This document shows, piece by piece, positions 46,060 through 56,373 of a stretch of DNA of 64,000 nt. The notes under the pieces are model-generated. The model searched no databases. It was not told the origin of the DNA and saw only the letters and a program-made list of their open reading frames with translations. Within the stretch, counting starts at the first letter, position 1. Each line of letters starts with the position of its first letter. Made by a program: the position numbers and the translations under genes. Source of the stretch: Gemmatimonadota bacterium (lineage in GTDB: Bacteria > Gemmatimonadota > Gemmatimonadetes > Palauibacterales > Palauibacteraceae); the NCBI GenBank assembly GCA_965116475.1, contig OZ220691.1:1600001-1664000 (forward strand). The letters run 5' to 3'.

Positions 46060-48489
46060 TCAGTGCCCGCCTGCGTCGATATCTTCGTCGGCTACCATCT
46101 CGACGGCGCTCATCTGGAAGGGCGCGCTCTTCACGACCTCCATGATGAACGATGTCATCCGATAATCATCGGCCTCCGCCACGCGTGCGATCTCACGCAC
46201 CGTGGGCATGTCGTAGTACTCGATCCGCCGGCCCAGGGCGTAGGCCATGAGATTCTCGATGAACGTCCGCACGAGCGAGTCCTCGCGGTCGAGCAGCGCA
46301 GCCCTCAGATCCGCGGCGCTCACGATCGGGGTCCCGTCGTAGAGTTCGCCCGTCGTGTCCACGGTCCGGCCCTGGTCCTTGATCCGCCACGCGCCGGTGA
46401 CGTCGAAGTTCTCCAGCGCGAGGCCGATCGGGTCGATTACGCGGTGACACGACCGGCAGGCGGGATTCGAACGGTGCATCTCGAGCCGCTCGCGCACAGT
46501 GAGGAAGCGTCCCTCTCGCGCCTCGTCCGTCACTTCGAGATCGGGCACGTCCGGCGGAGGCGGCGGGGGCGGAGTCCCGAGCAGGACCTCCATCACCCAC
46601 TTGCCGCGCAGGACCGGCGAGGTGCGATCCGCGTGCGAGGTCAGCGTGAGGATGCTCCCGTGCCCCAGCAGTCCGCGGCGCGCTTCGTCCGGGATCCCGA
46701 CGCGGTGGAACTCCTCCCCGGTCACACCCGGAATCCCGTAGTGCTGGGCGAGGCGTTCGTTCACGAACGTGTAGTCCGCTGTGAGCAGTTCGAAGAAAGA
46801 CGCATCCGAACGCACGAGATGCTCGAAGAAAAGTTGCGTCTCCTGCAGCATCGCCTCGACGAGCCGATGATCCCAATACGGGTAGAGCAGCGCGTCCGGG
46901 TGAATCTTCTCCAGGTCCTGCAGGCGGAACCACTGGTAGGCGAAGCGCGTCGCCATCGCCTCCGACCGCGGGTCGGCGAGCATGCGTCGCGCCTGGGCCT
47001 CCAGCACCGCCGGATCCGAGAGGCGGCCCGCGTCGGCCAGCGCCACGAGTTCGTCGTCCGGGTGCGTGCCCCACAGGAAGTAGGAGAGCCGCGTGGCGAG
47101 GTCGATGTCGCTCAGACGGTAGATGTCCCCGGGCGCCACGTCCGCCGGCATTTCCTCGAGCCGGAAGACGAAGTGTGGGCTCGCGAGCACCGCCTGGAGC
47201 GCGGTGCGAATGCCGACCTCGAACCCGCCCTCCTCGACGCCGAGATCGAAGAACACCATCAGGTCCTCGACGTCTTCGGCCTCGAGCGGCCGGCGGTAGG
47301 CCTGGGCCGCCAGCGACCTGATGATCTGCCGCGCGCACGGCCGCTCCTCGTCGGGCGCCGTTGGCCGGCAGGAGAAGATCCGCTTGCGGCTCGGCGTCTC
47401 CGAGATGCCGGTGACCGCGAATGGCCCGGTGACGAGGAAGTCGCGCAGGTGCGGAAGCGTCGTCACGCCGTAGGCGCTGCCGATGTTCGAGTCGGCGAGC
47501 TTGTAGTCGATCGGCTTAATGAGGTCGTTATCCGGACCCTCGGCGTTGAGGAGGAAGGCCGCCGTGACCCGCTGCGGACCCGCCCGCACGTGGATCGGCT
47601 CGGTCTCGATCACCATCCCCTGCGGATCGGACTCCGACATGAACGGGTCGATCTCGAGCAGCGCCACGCGCGCGCCGTCGATCGAGACCTCGATCTTCTC
47701 ATCCGGCGCCGTCATCCCGTACAGGAACCCCGTCGGCCCCGGGTGCATGTCCATCTTGAACACGTACTCCCCGTCGGCCGGGAAGACGTGGATGACGGAG
47801 ATCCCGCCCCGCGTTCCGAAGGGCGCGCCCTCGGCACGGACCGCCTGCGATGCCGTCTTCGGCACCTTGTAGGTGACCTGGCGCGGGCCCGCATCCGGGT
47901 CGCCGATCGCCATGCGGCTGATCTCGCTCGCCGCCCGCAGATAGCCCTCCATCAGCGTCGCGGACATCATCTGGACGTCGGCGATGTTGTCGAAGTTGTC
48001 GCTGATCGTCTCGGTCGGGAGGAAGGCCTCCATGTCGACGTCGAGGTGGAGCAGGTCCTGGATCGCGCGCCGGTATTCCGCGCGGTTGAGGCGCTGGAAG
48101 GTGCGCGTCCCCGGGTTCGGGTCCGCGTGCGCGGCCGCGTCCATGCGCATCTCGAGTTCCTCGACCACGGCGGTGAGCGTGGCTTCGTCGGGACGCCGGA
48201 CGCCGGGCGGCGGCATCATGCCGGCGCGGAGCCTCCGGATCATCTGCTCGGCGGCCTCGGGATCGGCCTGCGGCTCGGTGGCGTCGAACTCGAGGAAGGA
48301 GCGGTTGCCCGCCCTGCGCGAGTCGTTGTGGCAGCGGGTGCACACCGTCTGGATGACCGAGTTCGCCAGCGTGTCCGGCGCGGGGGCAACCGCGAGGGCG
48401 TGGGGAGCCCCCCCGAGCGGCGCATCCTCGCCCGTGACGACGAGATACAGCGCTGCCGTTCCCAGAGCCGCGATGGCGAACTTCTTCAT
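46060..48489 (-). CDS. DUF1592/DUF1588/DUF1587/DUF1585/DUF1595 protein with c-type heme motifs
   Basis: CTRCH and CRSCH, RLNRAEY, LATRLSYFLW, RTSPVLRGKWV, LENFDVTGAWR. Confidence 0.92.
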   Translation of the reverse strand: MKKFAIAALGTAALYLVVTGEDAPLGGAPHALAVAPAPDTLANSVIQTVCTRCHNDSRRAGNRSFLEFDATEPQADPEAAEQMIRRLRAGMMPPPGVRRPDEATLTAVVEELEMRMDAAAHADPNPGTRTFQRLNRAEYRRAIQDLLHLDVDMEAFLPTETISDNFDNIADVQMMSATLMEGYLRAASEISRMAIGDPDAGPRQVTYKVPKTASQAVRAEGAPFGTRGGISVIHVFPADGEYVFKMDMHPGPTGFLYGMTAPDEKIEVSIDGARVALLEIDPFMSESDPQGMVIETEPIHVRAGPQRVTAAFLLNAEGPDNDLIKPIDYKLADSNIGSAYGVTTLPHLRDFLVTGPFAVTGISETPSRKRIFSCRPTAPDEERPCARQIIRSLAAQAYRRPLEAEDVEDLMVFFDLGVEEGGFEVGIRTALQAVLASPHFVFRLEEMPADVAPGDIYRLSDIDLATRLSYFLWGTHPDDELVALADAGRLSDPAVLEAQARRMLADPRSEAMATRFAYQWFRLQDLEKIHPDALLYPYWDHRLVEAMLQETQLFFEHLVRSDASFFELLTADYTFVNERLAQHYGIPGVTGEEFHRVGIPDEARRGLLGHGSILTLTSHADRTSPVLRGKWVMEVLLGTPPPPPPPDVPDLEVTDEAREGRFLTVRERLEMHRSNPACRSCHRVIDPIGLALENFDVTGAWRIKDQGRTVDTTGELYDGTPIVSAADLRAALLDREDSLVRTFIENLMAYALGRRIEYYDMPTVREIARVAEADDYRMTSFIMEVVKSAPFQMSAVEMVADEDIDAGGH

Positions 48490-48635
48490 GTGTTACCTCA
48501 CCGGCTGTCGCCCGAATCCTGCTGGGCAAACACCGCGACCCGGCGCGGCGTTTGGACGCACGATCCCCTCCCCGCATCCAGCCTGTGCAAGATAGGGATT
48601 ATCGACGTTCCGACGCCAGTCGAACCGGGCCGGGG

Positions 48636-49721
48636 CTATTCCGGGAAGCCGCGGGACTCCAGGTAGTCGCGGCCGGCCGACATCAGGGCGACGAACGCGT
48701 CCTCATCTCCCGCTTCCACCGCGTCGCGGACCCTTTCCGCCGCCGCCACGAGTTCCTCCAGCGCGACGTCTCCGTACTCGTTCAGCGACTGAATCTCGAA
48801 GTACATGTGCGGGTTCTCGCCGGCGAGTTGGCGCGCCACGTCCAACTGGGCTTCGAACGTGGTGCTCGACACATCGGCCAGGCGCGGCGTCGTTTCGCCC
48901 GATCGGGCCAGCGCCGTGAAGAAGGCGATGTTGAGGGCGTGCGACAGGCCCAGCACGAATCCCATCACCCGGTCGTGGCTCTCCAGGTCCATGCGCACGC
49001 GCGTCGCCATGGTCGAGGCGAAGAGCGCCTCCGCCCCCTCCGTGGCGCCGGGACAGCCCACGTCCACGAAGACGATGTGTTCCCCGGAAAGGAGTTCGGT
49101 GTCGGGGCCGAACATGGGGTGGACGGAGGTGACGCGGGCCCCGGCCTCCGCCAGCGCCGTCAGGCCGGAGCGCAGCGGACTCTTCAGCGAACCTATGTCG
49201 AACACGAGCCCCGGCGGTCCGATCTCGGCGAGCCGTTCGAGGATCTCGTTGGCGATGACCATGGGCGTCGCGACCACGATCAGATCGTGGTCCAGTGCCG
49301 TCGCGGTCCAGTCCGCGTAATCGCCCCCGTCGGGGTCGGCGTTCTCCACCTCGAACCCCTGGGAGGAGAGGAAGCGGACGAACCACTCGCCCATCTTCCC
49401 GGAGCCGCCGATGACCAGGGCCCGCTTCCCGCCTCCGCTCGCGGCCGCCGCCACGCTGCCCCGCTCCTGCACGGCGAGCGACGAACGGATCAGCGAAAGG
49501 ACGAGTTCCTCGGCCAGCCGCGGCGGAAGCCCGAGATCGCGCGCGGTGGCGCGGGCCCGTTCGATGACGACCTTCTCCTGCCGGTAGTCGCGCGGGGCTG
49601 TCTGCGAGGCGCGCTTCCGCTCCCCGATCTTCGCGGAGACCGCCTGCCGCCGGGCCACGAGTTCGAGCAGCTCGCGGTCGATGCGCGCGAGTTCGTCTCT
49701 GAGTCGATCGAGGTTCGGCAC
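48636..49721 (-). CDS. tyrA: Bifunctional chorismate mutase/prephenate dehydrogenase
   Basis: AroQ-like [13 protein letters not shown]...RQ; GGSGKMG, DIGSLK, HPMFGP, HDRVM...LSH. Confidence 0.92.
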   Translation of the reverse strand: MPNLDRLRDELARIDRELLELVARRQAVSAKIGERKRASQTAPRDYRQEKVVIERARATARDLGLPPRLAEELVLSLIRSSLAVQERGSVAAAASGGGKRALVIGGSGKMGEWFVRFLSSQGFEVENADPDGGDYADWTATALDHDLIVVATPMVIANEILERLAEIGPPGLVFDIGSLKSPLRSGLTALAEAGARVTSVHPMFGPDTELLSGEHIVFVDVGCPGATEGAEALFASTMATRVRMDLESHDRVMGFVLGLSHALNIAFFTALARSGETTPRLADVSSTTFEAQLDVARQLAGENPHMYFEIQSLNEYGDVALEELVAAAERVRDAVEAGDEDAFVALMSAGRDYLESRGFPE

Positions 49722-49742
49722 GTCTCGCTCCGGAATTCCGCT

Positions 49743-51116
49743 CTAGCCTGCGATTACGCGGATCGTCTGCCGCAGCGCGATCCAGCTCACGTACGCCAGC
49801 AGAGGTGGCGCCACATAGCGAATCAGGAAGCGCGCCGCCGGGATCAGGCGCGCGAACCGGGGCGACGCCCCGATCCGAAGTTCCTCCTCCGGGTGCTTCA
49901 TCACCCAGCCCACGAGCACCGCGATGGCGAGTACGCCCAGCACGGTGAGGAGTTCCGCGGCGACCTGGTCCATGATGCCCAGCGCGCCGAGGGAAAGCGC
50001 CGGCGCGACCCCGATCGCGGCGATGAGGAGGCCCGAAGCGAGCGTCGCCCGGCGGCGCGTCCAGCCCCATTCGTCGATGAGGATCGAAGCCGCCACCTCC
50101 AGCAGGGAGACGGCCGACGTGATCGCCGCCACGATCACCGCGGTGAAGAACAGCGTACCGACGATCCGGCCCATCGCCTCCATCTGCGCGAACGCGCTCG
50201 GGAGCGAGATGAAGAGGACGCCCAGCGTGCTCTCCCCCACGTCCTCCGACAGCCCGAGCCCGAACACGATCGGGAACACGACGAGCCCGGCCACGAAGGC
50301 GACGGAGAAATCCGAGAGCGCGATGACGGCGCTTTCGCGGCCGAGGTTCGTCCTCCTTGAGAGATAGGAGGAATAGGTGACCATGATCCCCATCCCCACG
50401 CTCAGCGAATAGAAGGCGTGGGCGGCCGCGCCCTGCAGGACGACGGGATCCAGCAGTTCGCCCAGCGACGGGGAGAGGTAGAAGCGGTATCCCTCAGCGG
50501 CGCCCGGCAGCGTCGCGGCCCAGATCGCGAGGCCGAGGAGGAGGAGGAAGAGGAGCGGCATGAGCAGCATGCTCGCCCGCTCGATCCCCTTGCGGACGCC
50601 GAACGCCACGATGCCGACCGTCGCGCCGATCGACACCAGGTGGAAGACGACCGCCGAGCCTCCGGACGCGACCGACGCGTAGCGCCCCGCGGCGTCGGCG
50701 TGGAATCCGGTGGTGAGCCCGTCGAGCGCGTAGCGGAGGGCCCAGCCCGTGATGACCGACAGGTAGGCCATGATCACGGTCGAGGTCACGAGGAAGAGGA
50801 GCCCCGCCGCCGCCCAGCGCCTGCCGCCGACCGCGCGCAGGGCGCCGATCGCGGACCGGCGCGCGCGCCGACCCACGGCGAACTCCGCCAGCATCATCGG
50901 CACGCCGATGAGGAACGCCATGCACACGTAGGCGACGAGGAAGGCCGCGCCGCCGCCCTCGGCCGTCTGGTAGGGGAAGCGCCACATGTTCCCCAACCCG
51001 ACCGCGGACCCCACCGCGGCGAGTACGAAACCGACCCGGCTGCCGAAGCGTTCGCGGGCGGATGGGGGAGTGTCGCGTGCCTGGTTCAAGTGGCGGATCC
51101 TCGACCGGATGTCCAT
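49743..51116 (-). CDS. Sodium-dependent transporter (NSS/SNF family)
   Basis: GSAVGLGNMWRFPY, GGGAAF, FYSLSVGMG..TYSSY; start uncertain. Confidence 0.93.
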   Translation of the reverse strand: MDIRSRIRHLNQARDTPPSARERFGSRVGFVLAAVGSAVGLGNMWRFPYQTAEGGGAAFLVAYVCMAFLIGVPMMLAEFAVGRRARRSAIGALRAVGGRRWAAAGLLFLVTSTVIMAYLSVITGWALRYALDGLTTGFHADAAGRYASVASGGSAVVFHLVSIGATVGIVAFGVRKGIERASMLLMPLLFLLLLGLAIWAATLPGAAEGYRFYLSPSLGELLDPVVLQGAAAHAFYSLSVGMGIMVTYSSYLSRRTNLGRESAVIALSDFSVAFVAGLVVFPIVFGLGLSEDVGESTLGVLFISLPSAFAQMEAMGRIVGTLFFTAVIVAAITSAVSLLEVAASILIDEWGWTRRRATLASGLLIAAIGVAPALSLGALGIMDQVAAELLTVLGVLAIAVLVGWVMKHPEEELRIGASPRFARLIPAARFLIRYVAPPLLAYVSWIALRQTIRVIAG

Positions 51117-51280
51117 GCGGGCGGGCGCGTGTGAGTGTCGCCGACGGACGCCGCCCGCCGCAAGGTCGCGGAGGGCCAGCCGTTGCGCGTTCGGGTTCCG
51201 CCGGGGGATTATCGACGACGCCCCGGCGGCCCCCGACCCGGACCCGGCCGCCACCCACCCAGCCGAGAGAGACGGCGCCC

Positions 51281-52267
51281 GTGACGGCACATGTCGAGAT
51301 CCCCGGACTCACGCTGACCCTTGAGGACTTCGAGCGCGCGCGGAAACACGTCGCGCCGCACGTCTACCACACGCCGCTGCTCACTTCGCGCTCGCTCAGC
51401 GAGGCCTCCGGATTCGACATTCGGCTGAAGGCCGAGCTCTTCCAGCGCGGGGGTTCCTACAAGGTTCGGGGGCCGCTGAACGTGCTGGCGCACATGGGCG
51501 AGGAGGAGAAGGCGCGGGGCATCATCTGCTCCTCCGCCGGCAACCATGCGCAGGGCGTCGCGCTGGCGGCCCGCCTGCACGGGATTCCCGCCGTCGTGGT
51601 CATGGCCGAGAACGCGACCCCGGCCAAGATCGCGGCCACCGAGGGGTACGGCGCCGAGGTCGTCCTCCACGGGTCGATCTGGGACGAGGCGAACGAGCGG
51701 GCGCTCGAGCTGGTCGAGGAGCGCGGGCTCACCTACGTGCACCCGTTCGACAACCCGCGCCTGATCGCGGGCCAGGGCACGCTGGGCCTTGAGATCCTCG
51801 AGGACTGGCCGGAGGTCGAAGTCGTCGTCATCCCGATCGGGGGCGGCGGCCTCATCTCCGGCAACTCGATGGCGCTCAAGAGCGCGAACCCCGCGATCCG
51901 CGTGTTCGGCGTGGAATCCTCGGGGGCGCCCGCCATGAAGCGCACGGTCGAGTCCGGGGAGATGATCACGCTCGAGACCGTGGACTGCGTGATCGACGGC
52001 CTCAAGGTGATGCGGGTGGGCGACAACACGGCGTCCGTCGTGAGCCGTTTCGTGGAGCGCGTCGTCACGCTCCCGGACGACGACATCTTCGACGCCATGC
52101 TGTGGCTGATGACGCGGGCGAAGCTCGTGACCGAGGGCGCGGCCGCGGCGTCGGTGGCCGCGGTCCTGCACGGCCTCATCGACGCGCCGCCGGGGACGAA
52201 GGTCGCCTGCGTCCTCAGCGGCGGGAACCTCGACGTCGAACAACTGCGGGGACGGAGCTGGAACTGA
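51281..52267 (+). CDS. Threonine/serine dehydratase (catabolic type, no ACT domain)
   Basis: KAELFQRGGSYKVRG, SAGNHAQG, PIGGGGLISG, EGAAA, LSGGN. Confidence 0.92.
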   Translation: MTAHVEIPGLTLTLEDFERARKHVAPHVYHTPLLTSRSLSEASGFDIRLKAELFQRGGSYKVRGPLNVLAHMGEEEKARGIICSSAGNHAQGVALAARLHGIPAVVVMAENATPAKIAATEGYGAEVVLHGSIWDEANERALELVEERGLTYVHPFDNPRLIAGQGTLGLEILEDWPEVEVVVIPIGGGGLISGNSMALKSANPAIRVFGVESSGAPAMKRTVESGEMITLETVDCVIDGLKVMRVGDNTASVVSRFVERVVTLPDDDIFDAMLWLMTRAKLVTEGAAAASVAAVLHGLIDAPPGTKVACVLSGGNLDVEQLRGRSWN

Positions 52268-54534
52268 ACGGCGGTCTCCGCGTCGCGCCGGCCATCCTCC
52301 TGCTCGGATCGCTGGCGCCCGCCGCCGCCACGGCACAGGAGCCGGCCCGTGAGGCGCCTGTCCGGATCGCGGTCGAGTCGGCGCCCCGCCCCACAGCCGC
52401 CGCCCTGCGCACGGATGCGCCGCCCACCGTGGACGGCCGCCTCGACGACCCCGTGTGGCGGCAGGCTCAACCCCTGACCGGGTTCGTACAGTCACGTCCC
52501 GACACCGGGGCGCCCGCCACCGAGAACACCGTCGTCTACTTCGTGTACGACGATCGCGCGCTCTACATCGGGGCGATCTGCCACGACTCCGAGCCCGACC
52601 GCTACTTCATCTCCAGCCTCAAGCAGGACTTCAACAGCGGATCTTCGGACGTCTTCGGCGTGGCGCTCGATACGTACCTCGACCGCCGCAACGGGTTCAT
52701 GTTCCTCGTGAATCCCGGCGGGGCGCTCAAGGACGTCCAGCTCTTCGACGACAGCCGCTCCGAGAACCAGGCGTGGGAAGGCCCCATCCGCGTCGAGACG
52801 ACCCGGAACGACGAGGGGTGGACGGTGGAGATCGAGATCCCCTTCTCCACGCTCCGCTTCAATCCCTCGGAAGAGGACCAGACGTGGGGACTCCAGATCC
52901 TGCGCCGCATCCGGCGCAAGGCGGAGGACACGTTCTGGGCGCCGCTCGACCGGCGCGACCAGATCCACAAGATGTCGAAGGCGGGGACGCTGACCGGATT
53001 CCGCGGCGTGGGCCCGGGACTCAACCTGCGCATGAAGCCCTACGCCCTCGCGCAGGACCAGGCGGGGACGCTGATCGAGGAAGGGCGCGCCGGCACCCAG
53101 GCCGGAACCCAGGCCGGAACCCAGGCCGGCACCCAGGCCGACATCGGGTTCGACATGAAGTTCGGGGTCACGCCGGGGCTTACGCTCGACCTCACGTACA
53201 ACACGGACTTCGCCCAGGTGGAGGTCGACCAGGAGCAGGTCAACCTCACCCGCTTCCCTCTTTTCTTCCCGGAGAAGCGGGACTTCTTCGTCGAGAACTC
53301 CGGCACCTTCGCCTTCGGCGACCAGTCGGAGCGCAGCTACCGGACCGGCGTCTCGCTGCGCGACTTCACCCTCTTCCACTCGCGCCGCATCGGGCTCACG
53401 GGGAGGGGGGAGCCGATCCCCATCCTCGGCGGCGCGCGGCTCACGGGCCGGACGGCCGGGTTCGAGGTCGGGCTCATGAACCTCCAGACCCGGTCCGGCC
53501 GCGGTCTCCCGGCCGAGAACTTCTCGGTCATGCGGGCGCGCCGGAGCGTGTTCGGGACGTCGGACGTGGGGGCGATCTTCATCAACCGTGAGGCGACCGG
53601 CTCGGAGATCGAGGGCTATCCCGGCTTCAACCGCAACGTGGGTTTCGACGCGAACCTGAGGCCGCTCCCGTCGCTGCTCCTCGCCCCCTTCCTGGCCTGG
53701 ACCGACTCGCCGGATGCCGACGGGAACGCCCTTGCGGGCCGGCTGTGGGCCGGCTGGCGCGACGAACTGTGGGACGTGTCCGCGCTGTGGCGCCACGTGG
53801 GCGAGGACTTCAACCCGGCGGTGGGCTTCGTGCGCCGGCGCGACATCCGGCAGAGCTACGCCACGGTGGGGCTCCACCCGCGACCGCCCGTGCCCGGAGT
53901 GCAGGAGGTCAATCCCTGGATCGAGTTCGACTACATCCGGGACCTCCAGTCCGTCCTCGTGACGCGGAGACGGACGGCGGGGTTCGGGATCTCGTTCCTG
54001 AACGGGAGCGGGCTCACGCTCAACTACACGGACCGGTTCGAACTCCTGCGGGAACCGTTCCGGGTTTCAAGGGACGCGACGATTCCAACGGGCCGCTACG
54101 ACTTCGGCTCCGGGTCGGTGCAGTACCGGTCGGCGCCGGGCCGGGCGCTGACCGGGTTCGTCCGGGTCGAGCGCGGCGGGTTCTTCGACGGAACGCTGAC
54201 GTCGCTGTCGGGCGGCCTCATGTGGCGGCCGAACCACCACCTCTCCGTCGACCTCTCGGCGAACCACAACGACATCTCGCTGCCGGATGGGGCGTTCACG
54301 GCGGACGTGTTCGGAGGGCGGGTCGACTACGGCTTCTCGACGAAGGTCTTCGCGAGCGCCTTCGTCCAGTACAATGCGGCCGAGGACCAGTTCGTGACGA
54401 ACGTGCGCTTCAACTACCTGTATTCGCCCCTCAGCGACATCTTCCTCGTCTACACCGAGCGCCGCGACATGGCCGCAGGCATGACCGTCGAGCGCGTCCT
54501 CGCCGCCAAGGTGTCGAAGTCCATCGGCTTCTAA
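52264..54534 (+). CDS. Carbohydrate-binding family 9-like plus DUF5916 outer-membrane protein (start probably CTG 52264)
   Basis: PTVDGRLDD..W, WTVEIEIPFSTLRF, NTDFAQVEVD..VNLTRFPLFFPEKRDFF, C-terminal F; GGAG 6 nt before CTG. Confidence 0.85.
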   Translation: MNGGLRVAPAILLLGSLAPAAATAQEPAREAPVRIAVESAPRPTAAALRTDAPPTVDGRLDDPVWRQAQPLTGFVQSRPDTGAPATENTVVYFVYDDRALYIGAICHDSEPDRYFISSLKQDFNSGSSDVFGVALDTYLDRRNGFMFLVNPGGALKDVQLFDDSRSENQAWEGPIRVETTRNDEGWTVEIEIPFSTLRFNPSEEDQTWGLQILRRIRRKAEDTFWAPLDRRDQIHKMSKAGTLTGFRGVGPGLNLRMKPYALAQDQAGTLIEEGRAGTQAGTQAGTQAGTQADIGFDMKFGVTPGLTLDLTYNTDFAQVEVDQEQVNLTRFPLFFPEKRDFFVENSGTFAFGDQSERSYRTGVSLRDFTLFHSRRIGLTGRGEPIPILGGARLTGRTAGFEVGLMNLQTRSGRGLPAENFSVMRARRSVFGTSDVGAIFINREATGSEIEGYPGFNRNVGFDANLRPLPSLLLAPFLAWTDSPDADGNALAGRLWAGWRDELWDVSALWRHVGEDFNPAVGFVRRRDIRQSYATVGLHPRPPVPGVQEVNPWIEFDYIRDLQSVLVTRRRTAGFGISFLNGSGLTLNYTDRFELLREPFRVSRDATIPTGRYDFGSGSVQYRSAPGRALTGFVRVERGGFFDGTLTSLSGGLMWRPNHHLSVDLSANHNDISLPDGAFTADVFGGRVDYGFSTKVFASAFVQYNAAEDQFVTNVRFNYLYSPLSDIFLVYTERRDMAAGMTVERVLAAKVSKSIGF
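53089..53136 (+). repeat. In-frame 12-bp tandem repeat x4 (AGTQ)
   Basis: GCCGGMACCCAG x4. Confidence 0.9.
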
Positions 54535-54598
54535 CCTGCCGTTCTGGCGGTTACCGAGTGCGCGCGCTGCACGGAAATGTTGCGTGGCTCCACAAGTT

Positions 54599-54616
54599 TA
54601 GACTAGTATCAGTCTA
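54599..54616. promoter_or_regulatory. Inverted-repeat operator upstream of phd-vapC
   Basis: TAGACT-N6-AGTCTA in an AT-rich stretch 35 nt before the antitoxin start. Confidence 0.6.
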
Positions 54617-54650
54617 GTTGGAATTTTAGGTTCGGGAGAAGGAACACGCC

Positions 54651-54893
54651 ATGCCGGACATCGGCGCCTTTGAAGCCAAGACGCACCTGCCCCGCCTCCT
54701 GCGGCGCGTACAGACGGGGGAGCGTTTCGTCATCACGAGGCACGGCCGTCCCGTCGCAGAGTTGATCCCCTTCCGAACGACCGACCCCGACGAGGTTCAG
54801 GCGGCGATCGACGACCTGAAGGCGTTCCAGGCGGCGCACAGCCTCGGCGGACTCTCCGTTCGGGACATGATCGAGGAAGGTCGCCGCTATTGA
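54651..54893 (+). CDS. Phd/YefM-family antitoxin
   Basis: IGAFEAKTHLPRLLRRVQTGE..VITRHGRPVAEL. Confidence 0.92.
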   Translation: MPDIGAFEAKTHLPRLLRRVQTGERFVITRHGRPVAELIPFRTTDPDEVQAAIDDLKAFQAAHSLGGLSVRDMIEEGRRY

Positions 54894-55306
54894 CGTTCGT
54901 GCTCGACTGTTCCGTCACGATGGCCTGGGTGTTCCCGGACGAGGCAACGGACGATACGGCTCGTCTCCGCGATGCCCTGCGGGAGGGACGAGCGTTCGTT
55001 CCGTCCCTGTGGCCGGTCGAGGTCGCAAACGTGCTGCTCGTCGCTACGCGCCGGGGGCGGATCGCCGAGGCCGATTGGCCGCGGATCTGGCGGAACCTGG
55101 ATGCTCTGCCGCTTACCATCGATCCCGTTTCCACATCCCGCATCCGTGGACCGGTGCTCGACGTCGCCCACGCGCACGGGCTCTCCGTCTACGATGCGAC
55201 GTATCTGGAACTGGCCATCCGGCTGCGCCTGCCGCTTGCCACGCTGGATCGGGCGCTCGGGGACGCCGCACGAGCGGCGGGCCTCGAGGTGCCGACCGTC
55301 ACATAG
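54890..55306 (+). CDS. vapC: VapC-family PIN toxin
   Basis: FVLDCSV, EVANVL, LSVYDATYLELA, LATLD; TTGA overlap. Confidence 0.92.
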   Translation: MTFVLDCSVTMAWVFPDEATDDTARLRDALREGRAFVPSLWPVEVANVLLVATRRGRIAEADWPRIWRNLDALPLTIDPVSTSRIRGPVLDVAHAHGLSVYDATYLELAIRLRLPLATLDRALGDAARAAGLEVPTVT

Positions 55307-55360
55307 CCGGATTCGGAGGGGCACCGCCGCGTTCCCGCGGGAACGTGGCCGGGAGGTCCG

Positions 55361-56368
55361 CTACTCGTGGCGGGCGAGCCAGGCGCGGAGGCGGTCGGCC
55401 TCCTCGCTGGCGGATGGGTCGAGTTCCGCCTGGTAGAGCCGACTGCGGATGACGAAGACATCCATCTCGTCCGGCGGCGCGTCCCGTTCGAGGATTTCCC
55501 GCACCTTCTTCAGGAAGAACGTACCCCAATCGGGTCGGCGCCCGTCGACGTCGGTGAAGTCGTACTCCTTCGCGAGGCCCCAGCTCGAGAACAGTCCGCC
55601 GCTCTTCGCCGCGACGTGCGGGTCGGCGGCGAGCGCGGCGATGGCGCGGCCGACGTAGCACGGCGTCTCGGACTCGGCGAAGTACTCGTCCTTCTCGATC
55701 GCGTCGCGCCAGCCGGCCTCGGTGACGCCGAAGTGGTCGAGCACCGCCTCGGAGCGCAGGAAACCGGGGGTGATCGCGAGTGCCGTGACGCCGTGCGGAT
55801 GGAGGTCGGCGGCCATCGCGTAGGCGAGCCGGACGACCGCGTTCTTCGCCAGGTCGTAGAAGAGGTTGCCGCGGTAGCCGAACGTGTCGCCGTCCGTGAC
55901 TTCGACGATGAGGCCGGCGTGGCGCTCGACCATCAGCGGGGCGCCGTGACGGCTCGTGATGACGTGCGTGTGGACGGCCCGCTCGAGCAGTTGCGCGCCC
56001 TGCGCGATGGAGAGTTGCCAGAAGGGCTTCCCCCACTCGGTGAGCGCGTCGCCGCCCCAGATGTCGTTCACCAGGACGTCGAGCCGGCCGGCCTCGTCGC
56101 GGACGCGGGCGAAGAGCCGCTCGACCTCCGATTCGACCGTGTGGTCGGTGCGGACGGCGATCCCCCGGCCGCCCTCCGACGTCACCAGGTCCGCGGTCTC
56201 CTCCAGCGTCTCCGACCGTCCCGGCGTGGCGGGATGGCCCCGGACGCTGCGGCCGGTGCAGTAGACGGTGACGCCCGCCTCGCCGAGCATGCGGGCGATG
56301 CCGCGCCCGGCGCCGCGCGTCGCGCCGGCAACGACGGCCACCCGGTCCTTTAGCGGACGGTCCGGCAT
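55361..56368 (-). CDS. SDR-family oxidoreductase
   Basis: AGATRGAGRG, VNDIWGG, YDLAK, TPGFLRSE. Confidence 0.9.
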   Translation of the reverse strand: MPDRPLKDRVAVVAGATRGAGRGIARMLGEAGVTVYCTGRSVRGHPATPGRSETLEETADLVTSEGGRGIAVRTDHTVESEVERLFARVRDEAGRLDVLVNDIWGGDALTEWGKPFWQLSIAQGAQLLERAVHTHVITSRHGAPLMVERHAGLIVEVTDGDTFGYRGNLFYDLAKNAVVRLAYAMAADLHPHGVTALAITPGFLRSEAVLDHFGVTEAGWRDAIEKDEYFAESETPCYVGRAIAALAADPHVAAKSGGLFSSWGLAKEYDFTDVDGRRPDWGTFFLKKVREILERDAPPDEMDVFVIRSRLYQAELDPSASEEADRLRAWLARHE

Positions 56369-56373
56369 GCGGT

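Noticed and set aside
45775..48666. 963-aa plus-strand ORF and many similar long antisense ORFs
   Set aside because: Shadow ORFs opposite well-supported genes, expected at this GC content; no motifs
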